A DNA stretch of 62,476 bases, filler included, from Choristocarpus tenellus KU-1152 (GCA_964200185.2; 9 parts of 9 records of this genome joined end to end with filler, not necessarily neighbours in it), one strand, 5' to 3'; shown: positions 1 through 13,149, numbered from the whole stretch's first letter. The notes: generated from the sequence alone by a model not told the origin. Made by a program: numbers and translations.

Positions 1-192
1 CCCCCACCTTTCAACCCACACAAGTTACCACTCCCCTCAACCCCACAGCAGTTCTCACACCACTCAACACCACTCCACAATCATCCAAGAACACCCCTTC
101 ATGATCCACTTCAAACCGTGCCTTTGATCTAGAAGACATCTACCCCGCCGGAACTTGACCTCCCCTCCCCTTCAGGGTTGATTTCTTCTATC

Positions 193-1289
193 TCATCCCC
201 TTACCTCCTGCCCTGGTTGGAGCCAATCCTTCCTACTCTCTGCCAAGCCCTTTGACACCGACACTGGGTCCTTCTGGTTAGCCCTTACATATATCATAAA
301 AGCCTTCGACTTCCATCTTCCCTCCCGCTGTATTACTAATTCTGATACCCCCATGCTTGTCAATCTCGTGGCTCCCCTTATCCTACCCGAATGCAAGGCG
401 CACTCTACTGGTCTTAGCCTAAGTTCCTTTACTATTCTCCTCAAGACACATGTTGCTTGGCCCCTCGTGATCACTCTCCACCCCCCTTCTTGCCTACATG
501 TCATCAGAGGGGCGTCCGGGGAAACATTTCATAATAGCCATTACCACCTCCCAACCTCCCATACTTTCTTCTCCCCCTTCCTTCCCTACCTTATATCTTG
601 TCAATACTACCCTGGTCCCCTTTTGACCCTGTGAACGCTACCTCTACTTTTTCTGCCTGGTGTCTATCTTCCCAACTTAATCTTTTTACTCCCTTCCTCC
701 ATACCACGTCCCTCCTTCTTACTGCGAAATCTCCATGGACTCCTCCCCCTTCGTCATAGGCCCACAACTCTGAAGGTCTAGCTAGAAAGAAGAACGAGAA
801 ACCCAAACCCAGCCTTGTCAATTTACCTTCCCTACCTAGCATTTCGGTGCATTGCTTTGTCTCTACAATCATTCTCCATGTTAGGGGTCTCCTCTTCCTG
901 GGCTCACTTCCTACTTTTGTGTCGCTCCTCCCTATTCCTTTGAGTACAGATTGGATCATGAAATGTTGTGTGGGGAGCTGGAGGTTGAGGAAATGTTTAT
1001 GATAGTATTGGATTGCTGCTATCTTACCCTTAACTGTGCTTACTTGGTTCCCCCTACTCCCACAACAGAAACACATCAACTCCGCTAGGGCCTTTACTAC
1101 CTCTACCTCTCTACTCCCAGGGTCTAACCACCTACTCAATCCCCTATATGTACGGAACTCAGACCATTGGTCCCAAGCTGCCTCATAACACTTCTGAGTA
1201 GATGGCACAACCGATCCTCTGGCGTACAATACTACAAAACACTCAAACACACCATCTTCCCTTCCCGACCCAGGGGCTGCTCCTGCCAA
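193..1289 (-). pseudogene. Tyrosine recombinase of the DIRS-like element (frameshifted near 590)
   Basis: N-terminal SAM-like region (STQKCYEAAWDQW...STVKGKIAAIQYYH), FFFLARPSEL (catalytic Arg), GSKGDQG, HSGRIRGAT, GRWKSKAFMIYVR (catalytic Tyr). Confidence 0.92.
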
Positions 1290-1780
1290 TCAATGCGTGG
1301 GCAAACACGTTGGAGGTTAGGTTGAATTTCATCCCTCTTCCACCTCGATATACTATCTGCTAAGTCATTCTGCCTACCCGCAACATGTTCCGCTGCGAAT
1401 GACCATTCCCCTGCTATCTCCAACATTCCCATTATTCTCATCAATCCCCCTGCCCTCCTATCCTTTGTCCCCCCACACTTATGGAACCAATACACTGCAG
1501 AGTAGTTGCCCCCTCTAAGCAACACTGGGTCTCCCTTCTTCCCTGCCTTCCCCTTTACCTTCATGACCAGTATCCATGCATTCATCACCATTCCTAGTAA
1601 CTCTAAGACATTGATTGATATGCTCCCCCCTTCTCCTTTTATCACACTACGCATAATATCCTTCTTCAAGTGTTCTGGGAAGTCATATCTCCACCACTTA
1701 CCCGTCTCTACGTATTACCCTCCTACTGCTGAAAAACATACATCTGATACCATGTCGTACTTGGGGGCCTTGGCACAAAA
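1232..1780 (-). pseudogene. RNase H domain of the DIRS-like element
   Basis: Motifs SD...AVGG, INVLELLG, RGGNYSAV (decayed DN.SAV), HVAGRQNDLADSISR. Confidence 0.88.
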
Positions 1781-2081
1781 CCCCAAAACGGAGAACTCAA
1801 CTTTTCTCTCTCCTCAGCCAGACCATGTTCTACTACCCACCTCCACCAATACAAGTCTTCCTTAAATTCTATTCCTATCCTGATCTCCCTATTTCCTTCT
1901 TTTGGGTCTTCCCTCTGTTCGCCCTGCCCCCCCCCCTTGCTATCCTTCTCAACCAACCCCCTTTCTGGTGCAGCCCTGACAGGTGTACCAGCCGCCAAAG
2001 AAAAAATCTCCCTGGGCGTATAACATACGACATGTGAAATAGTCGGCCCAACCACATCCATACCTCCTTCACCCAGACTAC

Positions 2082-3100
2082 CTACTTCCACTCTGGCCAC
2101 TCCCCTAACAACGACTTCAGCCCCTTCAACTTTCCTTCTGGAAGGGCAATGGTAATATTTTCTGTGTCTATCCTCCATCCTACCACTACCTGTGTAGTAT
2201 GCCATCCTGTCAATTGTTTTGCTGACAAAATGGGGGGCTCGTCTATATCTCTCTGGCCTAGCAAACGTATGTGGTCGGAGACTAAATAATTTGTTGCTAG
2301 CTTCAGACTCCGCCCATCTTCAAACCATTGGGGTTCTACCAATGTGCTATCATCTACATACATTCTGGCAAAAAAAGGATCCTCCATCCCCCCCCTTCTA
2401 TATCCTGCACCTTCCATGTCTCATCTACGGCATTAAACTCCCTCCTGCCCTCCTGCTGTGAGTGTGTTACACCTACCGCAATCCTTTCTGCTTCTTTAAG
2501 AACTACTGTCGACTTGGGATCTGTATGAGAGTGTGAAAATTCTAGGGCACTTGCTAATAAATCCCACCACTCTGGGCTATTCCTCCACCCAAATTAGAGT
2601 CTAAAATCAATCACCAGCAAGTCTCCCACACAATACTCAAACTTTGCTGCCCCTTGTGGTTCTACTGGTACTTGGCGAAAGGCATCCTTAACATCCATCT
2701 TACTAATCATAATTCTCGCCTCAGGGAACTTCTTCCTTAATCCCACAATCCTCCTAATCACATCTTCTAGAACTGTTCCACAATGTACTGGGGGGGCATC
2801 CGCTAACTCTGTTTGGTCATTCGCACTCGGCCCTCAACTCTCTTGCTGGTATGACAGATCATGAATGATCCTTACCTTCGTGGGTTCTTGTATGACTCCA
2901 ACTGGGGACACCTGCAATCCTGGAATCTTCCCCCATGTCCTTTTTGGAAACACCAATGCTCTACCCTTGGTCACGTCACTCACTACCTTTTCTAGAAGGG
3001 CCTTCTTTCTACTTCTTGCACTCGTGTGGTTTCCATACTCTAGTCTCTCCTCAACACTGCCTATTCCTCCTACACCCACTGGTACTCCCCTGTTCACTAC
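2082..3100 (-). pseudogene. Reverse transcriptase of the DIRS-like element
   Basis: NHTSA, VSPVGVIQEPTKVRIIHDLS, SKMDVKDAFRQVPV, DFRL*FGWRNSP, RMYVDDS. Broken by stops and frameshifts. Confidence 0.92.
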
Positions 3101-3330
3101 CTGTTGGAGTTTCTCTCTCTGTGGGAACCCAACCTTTTCCCAAAGTGGTCACTAATCTTCTCCCAATTCAACCGTTTTGGGCTCCATCTTTCTCCTAACC
3201 TATCCACTAGTGTTACCAAATCCCCCCCTCACTCTCCTAGTAATGCTTCCCCCTTCATTGCCAAATCCTTCAATCCCTTCACTAACGTTACCTAATCATT
3301 TTCTCCTTTCCAATTCTCCCGTGCTCTCAA

Positions 3331-4849
3331 TCAATCTTCAAAGTCATCCTTCATTCCCCCTTCCCCTCCCCCTATACCTTTGAGTGTCCGGCGTATTGAC
3401 CCTGGCGTTGGAATCCCTGACATCCCTTGCCTATATTGTGGTAGTCTTGACGTCCATTGGGTCTCTTCCTGCCGGCCCACCCCGGGGAGGGGTGGGCCCG
3501 CGTCTTCATGGGTCTTTCTTTGTAGACTTGGCATCGGTCTGGTCTTCCTTCTCCTTCTCTTCACCTTCTTTGAAATGGTCGCATCTGCAAAACCATTTCT
3601 GTTTAAGAAGTCATGCTCCTGTCCTGCCTTCCACGCAAAACACGGGTTATAGGTCCTTCCCCCCCCTTTTGAGACTCCTGCTCTATTCCTGTCCCCAGCT
3701 CTGGGAGATTTTGAAGTTCTTGTCTCCCCCCATGTCCCTGACCTCTTCATGGAACGGGAGCGGGACTCAGTGCTATATAGGGCAGGCAGCATGTTCTTTG
3801 CCTGACCCAATGTCGTTTCCAAACATGTGAAGCGAGGGCTGGGAGGGAGTGGTATCCGCGTGTCACGGGGAGGTGGTTCCTTTAAATTTGTTCCCTATGA
3901 TGTCTGCTGCTGTGGCTGTCTTTTTCTCCCAACACTGTAGATCCTCCCCCACTGCTCTAAAAATCAGTTCAACGATCCTGGGACTCTAGTAACGTGGGTT
4001 TGTTGGCACCATAAAACATTCGTACCGTACACCTCGCCTCTTCCAGGTCCTCAATCACCTTTGCTGTCCTCCTCTGTCCTGGATTCCAACTGTCTCCATA
4101 CCTGCACAGTCTCACCATTGCTGCCACGAAACAGTCGAAATTGTCGGGCAGTTTGTAGTCCCCCTTGCATGTCTTTCTCCCCAGCTCCCCCCTCGGTATG
4201 TAGTCCTTAATTGTAAAGGCTGCCAGGTTTTCCATCTGCTTTGCCACCTCTTCTGTGACGTCCGTTGTTTCTTCCACTATTCTTTGTAGCTCGTACTGTG
4301 TCGATCTCGCATTGCCCGTTTTTATGGATAAGGGAATGAATCCGAGGAGTACGAAGTACTTCCTCACTTCGACTCTGTTCCATGCCCGGATCATAGACTT
4401 CTCCTTTATTCTCTGCTCTATTGTTGTCGATGATATCGCGTTTCCTTCCACCGTCGCACCTGCTCCCCTTCCCATCCCTCTGCCCCCCTCCCCCCCCTTC
4501 TGGTTTTTGTGTTCGGCATAGCTCTTGCAATATCTCCATCATCATGTCCATCCTTTCTGTTAGCTTTGATATTTCGTTGTTCTGGTCCTGGACTTGACTG
4601 GGTTCGACTCCACTCCTGTTCTCTCTTCCTCCCCCCTTTTGAGGAAACCCATCTCTCGTTGTGCCCTCTCGATCTGCGATTGCATCCTCTGCACCGCCAT
4701 TGTTCCCATCTCCTCTTCATTTTCCCTCCATCCCTTCTCTTCTTCCCACCCTTCCATTGTTTCCTTCCCCCTTCTTTTCCGTCGTTTTCCATTAGGTCTT
4801 CCCACCTTGTCGTGTTCCTTTCATCTTTGTCCTCTCTCCTATCCGTCAT
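3331..4849 (-). pseudogene. gag-like ORF1 remnants of the DIRS-like element
   Basis: Positioned upstream of RT. Charged N-terminal fragments, a 168-aa ORF at 3969-4475 and a decayed Cys motif (YNPCFAWKAG). Confidence 0.55.
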
Positions 4850-5249
4850 CTTTTGTTACTTAGACGAGACGCTTGCTCGGAGGTTGCCTTGGTCTCCCCT
4901 CCTCGTCTTGTACCCCTGGTCTTCTTTCCTTTTATCACTGACTGGATGCTGATCTTCCCCTTATCTACCACTCATTTCCATTAACCCTTTCTTCCCTTCC
5001 TTAAATATTCGTTCTCTTCTTGCTTCATTATTTTTCTTTCCCCTGCCCACGCTTGTCCTGTGCCCCCAGCCAACCAGAATTCTTCCGCCCACAACTCTCA
5101 GATTACTTCATAAACTCTCACTTTTTTTTACAGAGGGTTGTGCAGGAGCTACGATTAATCATTCCCCTCTCCCCCTATATATATTGGTGTACTCTTCTTT
5201 ACCTCCATATTTTTCAATATGATGCTCTCACCCAATCCCTTTTAATTGT

Positions 5250-5338
5250 GACCCAAAGTATCTGGTGGGGGGGGGGAAGGTCTAAATGAGGGTGTCCATT
5301 TGGACCAAAATCGGGAAAAGTGCATTTGCATTATCCAT
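5250..5338 (-). mobile_element. MITE family B, partial
   Basis: GACCCAAAGTATCTGGTGGGGGGG end plus an internal segment (GTCCATTTGGACC...GGAAAAGTGCATTTGCATTATCCAT) matching the copy at 60455-60633. Confidence 0.75.
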
Positions 5339-5442
5339 TTTGAAAAATCCTAACGAGTGTTCAACGGTTTCCAAAAGTAGAATGATATTATAATCTTTAC
5401 ACCAACAAATACAGATACAAACCACATCCTTCATTGATCTAA

Positions 5443-5542
5443 NNNNNNNNNNNNNNNNNNNNNNNNNNNNNNNNNNNNNNNNNNNNTTAATTAATTAANN
5501 NNNNNNNNNNNNNNNNNNNNNNNNNNNNNNNNNNNNNNNNNN
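5443..5542. other. Assembly spacer 44N-TTAATTAATTAA-44N (also 9310-9409, 12328-12427, 20371-20470, 39351-39450, 42146-42245, 46635-46734, 58629-58728)
   Basis: Identical 100-bp structure eight times. The 12-mer gives stops in all six frames. Confidence 0.98.
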
Positions 5543-8500
5543 GCCGTGAGCTCATTATGATTGGCTGGAGTCTGAAGTACGTTCATATATCACTGGATAC
5601 AATTGTGTTCTTAAGAGTGCTGGGCAGAGGAACAACTAAACTTACAGATTCTCGGGTGAGCAGTGGATCGGATAGCAGCTCCACCCCAACATTATCCCAA
5701 ACTAACCATTCTCCCATTTCCCAAAAATGTTGCGTATAGTTCCCTAGTGCCTCAGAATTCTGTTCAACTTCGTACTGTTCTCCCTAATTGGTCATGGATA
5801 CCTTGATGCTCAAGATCATAGTATATATGTAAAGATTCTAGTCAATAGATACTTCGAAGTATGTGTTTTGTGCATGTTCTGCAGACTCCAAACGACACAT
5901 ACGTTTGATGGATGTCCTTAGGTGACACGCATGTTTTGGTATTTCTGTGTCTTGAACGTGAGGTCGGACCTAAACCGCCTCCCTTCAGAGCGGATTGAAT
6001 TTACGGCCACAACAGGGGTCCCATTTTTGATTTTAAAAGCATGGGTGGAGGACTGTTGCAATTTCTTACAGCATTGTTTTTGTTGTTTCTCTCCTCTTGC
6101 TCTTGCTCCAAATCCGTCAATAGGTGTAGAAATCACAACTTAACTTTAGATGAGCACTTGTTGAGGAGGGTTTTGTTGTGGGTGTGTGCTTGTGTTTGTT
6201 GTTGTCTGCAGGTGACTACTGGTTATTGGTGTATGTGCATGCCATATTCAATAGTATTGTGCATGTTAGCAAATATTATCTGCATGCTATTGTACGCTGC
6301 ACTACTTCTCTCAACACCCATTCTTGCTCTCAATGGAGAGAGGTTCGGTACAAGAGTGCGTACATGACCTCGCGTGAAGGTTTGGGTTTGATTTAGAAAG
6401 CTCCCCAGTATTCGATAGAAGCATACCTGTTCTTGTTTTTGTGAAACAAATCATAACTTTAGTATTTACCCTACATTTTTTTGTAGTAGTGCAGCAGCAG
6501 AGTGTCGTTAATGTCCTTATCGCAAGGAAGGAATTGGAGAGTGTCGCCACAAATGTTCTGTGAGGCTAGATACTCAGGATACACGTAAACACATTATGCC
6601 CTCTACAAGAATATGCACAAGGGAATGACAGGTGTACCTAATGCTAGAAACAAAACATCGGGTGTACATGGTTGTACCTACTACCCCCTTCTCTTCCACC
6701 TGTTATCTAACCATTTGCTAAAATTGTTGAGTCGTTGTTTATTCCAAAATGTGATTTTTCATTTTCAAGTCCCTGACATGTTTTCGTCCAACTACATTGT
6801 GTTTTGGGTTCTCTGTTAACCGCTTTTTTTCATTCGAGGTATCCATGAATCCAACGGTTACACAGTTAGGTTCTGTTAGTTAGGTCATGTACATAGCACA
6901 CAGGTACATCGAAAGTCTCTTTTGTCACCCAGGCACAGAGTCCACCCCTGTTTCTCTTTTGGTCTTACTGGAGTACTGTGACCCTCTACCTCGGAAAGGC
7001 TTTCATCCTCTTCCAGCTGATGTTGCATTGCCATAGCGAGTAACATGTTCGATGTCAGTTATTACTATAAAGTAACTTCATTTCAGCCTGGAGAGTAGTC
7101 CGACCTATGGTGAGAGGCAATGTACTTCTTTTAGTCCTACCAAAAAACCAACTAATGTTCTACTACTACAGCAAATTACACTGCTTATGCTCATACCTTG
7201 CTTCTAGGGCGCTGGGCTCAGCGATCATCCCACTACTCATTCCTCCATCTACTCACTCGCATCTTCCTGTGCAGTCTTTTCCTTCCTCTTGAATGATTTT
7301 GTGTTGGTGTCTGATTTTGTTATTCTTTTTGGAGATTACCTATCGAATTCCATAAGGAATATGGGTCAACCATAGCATTACTGCAAAGGTAACAGAAGCT
7401 GTCTCACTCTGGGAGAGATGTTTTGATTTTTTTTTCTCCATTTGCTTAAATCAATGTCGAGCATATTATATGTAAAATTTCCATTACAGTAGAGAATTCG
7501 TTCACAAGTTTAAGCATGTTTACTCCCTACTGAATTTAAATTCTGGTCAGTTTGATCAGTTTGGTCAAAGTCGGAACCTTTTGACACTTACTAGGTATCA
7601 ACATATTTTTTGGTGATCGGATTCCTCTCCTACGATCAAAAGTTTTCATGTGATTTTTTTTTGTGTTATAATTGGTCTGGGGACTCTATCCTAACCTGTG
7701 GTCAGAGGCACTACACACTGCAGCACTACTTCTCATACGAACTTTTAATGATTTTTCTAGACATTGCACTACAGCAATCACCAAGTTACGATCTCCGTCT
7801 CCACCTGGTGCCCCTCTTTCATGTGGGCAATCGGGGGGGTTGGTGGATGCGAAAAGGTTGTTCAGTGTCCTCTTCTAGTCTCTCCTGCTCTCTCTCAACC
7901 CTGTATCATTTTTCTCTGTCCTCCCACTCACATTTGTTTTGGAGCGGAGTGAGTATCCTCTCCATTGTTAATGGAGCTGATTACACCTTTCACCAATGTA
8001 TATTTTGCCAAAACATGTTTATCTTTATTGATCTGTTCATAGATATTGGATCTTGGTTGTTTTGCCTCATCCATCACCACTCCATTCAGCTCCGGTGTGG
8101 GCATCATAAAGGCACTAACTATTCTTAGTGTGTCAGGCGTACTCACTGTATGTGTAGTCCAAGGAGGTGATCCTGCTTCTGCCACGGTTTCTTTCCTCCT
8201 TGTTGCAACTGATAGTGGTAAGGGATTGATGACTTCACGTGAGTAAATGTTCCCTTCATCCTGTACAGCTAGAGGGCGAGGGCAAAACCAGTCGCTCCAT
8301 TTGCTGAGATTCTGTCCCCAATCTTGCAATAGATATGGAGAATAGTCATTCTTCTGGTATTTCTATTTTATTGTTTGCTCACGTTAGTCTGGGACTTCTT
8401 CTCTACTACCTCAACCGTACCTACCCCCCTTGACTCAAGCTCTAATGGCACTCCACATTGCGCTACGAACGAACTATTGCACTACAACTAATTCCACTGC

Positions 8501-10549
8501 CTCATGCTTGCCTTGGGTTTTTTTTTCTCCATCGTTGGGTTCAGTCATCCCACTGTTGCTCTCTACCCCTCCTCCCTTGAATCTGGTGTGAATTCTCTCT
8601 CTTGTCTGTCTGAAATGACTCTCTGCCACCACGATCCAGATTAGATATTTCTTTCGTGGTTTGTTGCAAGATGGGAAGGTGCAACATGTGTATGTACATT
8701 TCCAATGGAATTACATGTGGTCAGTCTGAGTCAAATTTCCTGATTCCTCCGAAGAATATGTGACCTCGACAGGGCTCGGCATTCCAATGGTGAAGAGTAT
8801 GCGAACCCTCACCCAAAATACATGGACAACGTTGGACGTCATAAGTACTCTGTCATACTTAGAAGTATTTATTTTGTGCACAACAGTAGTAGTACGATAC
8901 TCGGATATATATTTACACTGAAGTATAAATGTAGATGTAGAAGACGTATTTTGTGAGTAGGCTCAACAACCTGCGTGCAAAATAATTTAGTAGGCACTTT
9001 AAACACTATTTTAAGGAGTGTGACAGATTGACATGTTCCCTACAAATTTCGCGTTTTTAGAACAACAGACAGTGTTTACACTGACCAAAAAATTCTATCC
9101 CAACAATAGAGGGATGAAGCCATGTGAAGAAGACATACAAAGTAGTTGTTAATACGAATGTAGCAATTCGTATTGGCTTCTCAGATTGCTTGAACTATCG
9201 TATGGAAAGCCTCTATGATCCGTGTTAGGATTATGTTTGGCAGATTGCTATTATTGAGATGTCCAACAGGACCTACTCTTCACGAGGAACCCGTTGGTGG
9301 CACCTCGCCNNNNNNNNNNNNNNNNNNNNNNNNNNNNNNNNNNNNNNNNNNNNTTAATTAATTAANNNNNNNNNNNNNNNNNNNNNNNNNNNNNNNNNNN
9401 NNNNNNNNNCCCCCCCAGATGCTTTGACCCAAAACATATCTCACTGCCGACACAATATGAAATTGAGTGGTTGGGATCGCTATCATGCGATTTTTGGGCT
9501 GTTTTGATTACCCATTGTGGAGTAATATTTCTAAAATAATTGTGCTCCCTTTCTAGGTTATGCAAGTGATTGTCTCTTTGGTTCCATGCTTTACAACAAA
9601 ATTCAAATTCACGTGTTAAATTAAGTGACCCCTGTTGCATGTGAACGATCTTGTTTTATCTTTCCATTATACCCTTTAGGTTGCAGTGTTTGAAGATGAT
9701 TTATCCAACGTTTTTCTCGGATTTTTTTTTGTCGTAGTGTGAAAGAGATTATCTCCTGGATGATCCGGGTATTCTTTGATCGTGGTGTACAATGAGTCAA
9801 AGTAGTCGAGAGGTACCCAGAGTTGCATTTTAAGGATGCTGAAAAATTTGTGCAAATTCTTCTGTTTTTTCAGATGCGCGTAGGATATTTTCTTAATTGC
9901 GTCGGAAACGTCCCACAGACCGGTGGTTGAAAGGTGGTCAGAACAAGGCAATACACACTGATGAAGAACACAACTACTTGAGAAAAAAGTGGAAATATAG
10001 TGCAACAGGAGAAAAGAGAAGGGAAAGGGAGGAAAAATAATTTAGTTTATCTACGAATGTAACAAAGAGAAACTAGGTATAATGCACTAACTCGCTGAGT
10101 AAACGAGAGGTACTCAGGGTTCCATTTAAAGGATGCTGATAAGTGTGTAAATCCGGCTCTTTGTACAAATGTCTACGGGGGCTTTTCTGAATTCTGTCGA
10201 AATCCTGAAACAGAGGAATCACTGCTAGCAGCACTTCATCCATAGAATTTGGAGTGAATTCCAAAAAATGTGAGAAGTGTCTTAGAATGCAAGCCACCCA
10301 ATATCTGGGCAACTCTCATTTGCTTTGGCTCTAATACCCGTAAGACCTAAGTTGTACTGGGTCCATCAAAGCCGAAAAATATGACTCATCGTATGTCACA
10401 CAAAGGAAGCAAAGGGATGGGGGAAAAGAGACACACAAGATATTCAACCCCAAAAAGAAATGTAGTAAGAAAGTAGCATTCAGCAAAGTGTGGTGGTGGT
10501 GGTGGTCGCTTGGATTCCCTTAGCTGCTCATTTAGCAATAAATACATCA

Positions 10550-10800
10550 GCAATCATGGCTTCCTTGGAAAGCAACTCTGCCATGCGCTCGTGGTGCCAC
10601 TGACGACACACTCAAACCACTTCTGTTGGCTGGTTTCCCTTGTGCCCCGTCCCTCAACTATGATCCCAAAGTTCTTGAGGTTGTCTTCCAGGCACATCAA
10701 GCAGTTCCTCTCCTGTCCACCTTGCTTTCATTTTCCGTTCACAAGTTCTCCAAACATCCACACCTTGGGGAGTCACCCATCCTCTATGCATGCAAGGCAC
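10550..10800 (-). mobile_element. RTE-type LINE 3'-end fragment
   Basis: Translates LPKVWMFGELVNGK*KQGGQERNCLMCLEDNLKNFGI, typical of the RTE ORF C-terminal tail. Homologous to 52400-52580. Confidence 0.7.
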
Positions 10801-11979
10801 TAAGCAAAAAGACAGCATACATACCTTTGGGATCTGTTCGCACAGGGAAACGTGTTATAGTATTGTACACACTCAATGTTGCTATTTGTATACATGAAGT
10901 AAGAAATGTCCATGTAGGAAGATAGTGACTAGAATGATTAATGAGTGATGGATAGGATTGTTAGAATATTGTAATATACGAGCAATGTTCTAGGAAATAT
11001 ATTGTTTAGAAATTTCTAAGATTTTTGCTGGATGATATGGAGGGTAGGACAACACCCCTCTTGTGTGGGCAACGAGTCACTCTTGGTTGGAAGTCAATAA
11101 AGCATATTCTATATCATCTTCTTTGCGGTGAGGCAGTACACTCTCGTGGCATGCGAGCAAGACCAACTGGAGCCCTTCGCACCATCTCTGCCATAGCACG
11201 ATGTGATCACCTTGTTGGATATTCTGAAAGTGTCAACGGTCATCTTACAAGAAACAAGTTCAGTCTTCACATGTTCATTGTCAAGGGGTGTGTGCATGCT
11301 GTTGGGGGCACTAGGGTTTGGACACTGTCCGCCGGGCACCCTGTCCAAAAACAAGTCGTTTCTTATCCTTTTGGCCAGCAGATAGTGACCAGAGTCTAAC
11401 TTGATCCCTCCAAAGTCTAGCACTCAAAATAGCACTAGGATCGACAAAACTCCTCGAAGAACTTCAAATTAGATCATTTTTGGTCTGTTTCGCCAAGCCA
11501 TTCTATCCCTGCCCAACCGAGCCGGAGATTTAGGTTGGGATGTTGGTGCCTTACGCAGCAGCCCCAGATGTTGGAGGTAAGACTATAGTGGTTGTCCTGG
11601 TGGACAGACAGGACAAGGGAACAAACAGCCTGGACATCACACCTTGTGGGTATCGCTTGTGGCTGCCGTGGTAGACCTGATGAGGCAATGCGGTGGTGTG
11701 CTTATCATTATGTACAAGAAGAAGATGGAGGAGTTGAGAAAAATTATTATGAGAACAGTAACCAAACATTTTTTGGAATATATATAAAATGTGAAGAAGT
11801 TCATTGGCATCTATTAATATGTTACAAAATATGTTCAGTATACCAAGAGTTTTTTAAGAACTGGAACAGGTCTTCTCCCAGAGCATCGATGGTTTTGGAA
11901 AGATGATTGTGTTGATTATGTTAACATGGAATTTGTTTTGGATAAGAACAGACACATCGTTGGGTTAACCGTTCGGCCT

Positions 11980-12165
11980 CTAGAAGAGTGCCATGACAAG
12001 ATCCCACGGTTGATAATTTACCAAGCATTTGTGTCACAACACCCTCCAAAGCTTACCTCCACGGGATGTATAGCTCCAGTCCACAAGCCTATGGATGGTG
12101 CTCATGCACATACACGACTCCTGATGCACAAGTCATCAACTATGCTGGATCTCTCACTTCGAATA
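11980..12165 (-). mobile_element. Dispersed decayed transposase-like fragment, hAT-like (related copies ~18300-18480 and ~36910-37090)
   Basis: Shared DNA (ATGCTGGATCTCTCACTTC; TAGCTCCA). The 36910-37090 copy translates EIQHI...MEPLYEPCL...WIGATYPIMVKLRSVL, resembling the hAT post-catalytic helices. Confidence 0.35.
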
Positions 12166-12260
12166 TTCCCTTCGTGAGTATCAATCACCATATATAAAAG
12201 GAACTATCAACGATGTCTTATCTCAATCTGGGACCATAATGACCAAATAATAAATAAATA

Positions 12261-12327
12261 GAGCCAAAGTATCTTAGAGGGTAGCACCGCGTTCATTTGG
12301 GGGCCAAAATCCAATGTTGCGATTTTG
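12261..12327 (+). mobile_element. MITE family A, left end cut by gap
   Basis: GAGCCAAAGTATCTTAGAGGGTAG...CCAAAATCCAATGTTGCGATTTTG. Confidence 0.85.
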
Positions 12328-12591
12328 NNNNNNNNNNNNNNNNNNNNNNNNNNNNNNNNNNNNNNNNNNNNTTAATTAATTAANNNNNNNNNNNNNNNNN
12401 NNNNNNNNNNNNNNNNNNNNNNNNNNNCCTTCCCCCTCCCCCCCCCCACCCCCCGACCGGGGCGGCCCTTTCCCGGGTCTTTGTCATCAAAACCACCCTT
12501 TTACCCCCCCCCCCCCCCCCCCCCCCCTCCAGCTCTTCGAACAGCCGTGTAATGATACAATAACAACAACTCCGGCAGGCATCCTGAACTC

Positions 12592-12632
12592 TATCTCTCT
12601 ATCTCTTATATCTCTCTCTCTCTCTCTCTCTC
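12592..12632. repeat. (CT)n microsatellite
   Basis: Imperfect CT run upstream of the symporter exon. Confidence 0.8.
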
Positions 12633-12757
12633 CCACCTCCGTCGCCCCCTCCCCCCTCCCCACTCGTTGACGAAAATCTCGGGAAACTAAACTAACTACT
12701 TCCTGGGGGGGGGGGAGGGGAACAAAAAATAAAAAAATAAAAATTATGCACGTGTAG

Positions 12758-12972
12758 ATCTGTTGGTGGTAGCCTTCGACATCGTACTGGCAGGTTGCAT
12801 TGCCCCACTCTTTGCTGCAATCTACTGGAAGAATGTTGTGACCCCAGGGGGAGCACTGGCTGGGATCTTGTTTGGGTCGATATTACGGACTGTGTTGGAG
12901 TACGCGCTGCCCAAGGATGGCTTCCTGATTATCCCACACGGGGAGTACTCTTACGACTACGGATCAGGCCAG
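12758..12972 (+). CDS. Internal exon, sodium:solute symporter (SSS; choline/urea transporter-like), late TM helices
   Basis: tag| acceptor and cag|gtttgt donor. LLVVAFDIVLAGCIAPLFAAIYWKNVVTPGGALAGILFGSILRTVLEYALPKDG...DYGSGQ carries the SSS P-L-xx-A-x-Y-W-K...GA-x-AG pattern. Confidence 0.85.
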
Positions 12973-13149
12973 GTTTGTTCCGAGTAGTTTTTTTTTGTTT
13001 TGTTTTGTTGTTTAGGGTTAGGGATACATGTGTACGGGTAGAGATTTTGACCCCCCTCCTACCAAGGTTCGCTCCATTTTGCTATCGTGTTGGGGTTTGC
13101 TGAGGTGGTGTGACGAAAGCATGGTTGTTCGAGTAGAGGAGAGCCGCAA

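Larger units (their letters stand above)
1..5249 (-). mobile_element. DIRS/Ngaro-type tyrosine-recombinase retrotransposon, decayed (gag-RT-RNaseH-YR); termini unresolved
   Basis: Ordered minus-strand domains: gag-like, RT (YVDD), RNase H, tyrosine recombinase overlapping RNase H. Multiple stops and frameshifts. Strongly purine-rich coding strand. Confidence 0.92.

Noticed and set aside
353-4952. Plus-strand ORFs overlapping the DIRS element
   Set aside because: They are antisense shadows of a pyrimidine-rich strand with few stops and no domain motifs.
5487-5498. TTAATTAATTAA as a biological repeat or regulatory motif
   Set aside because: It is always centred in identical N-runs and is an artificial linker.
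5543-9309. Protein-coding gene in contig 2 (e.g. 133-aa ORF at 7928-8329)
   Set aside because: No recognisable domain or coherent exon chain. It looks like old TE debris.
11580-11640. OPRTase-like VVVLVDRQDKG peptide
   Set aside because: It is an isolated short match with nearby stops and no splice context, so probably chance within TE debris.
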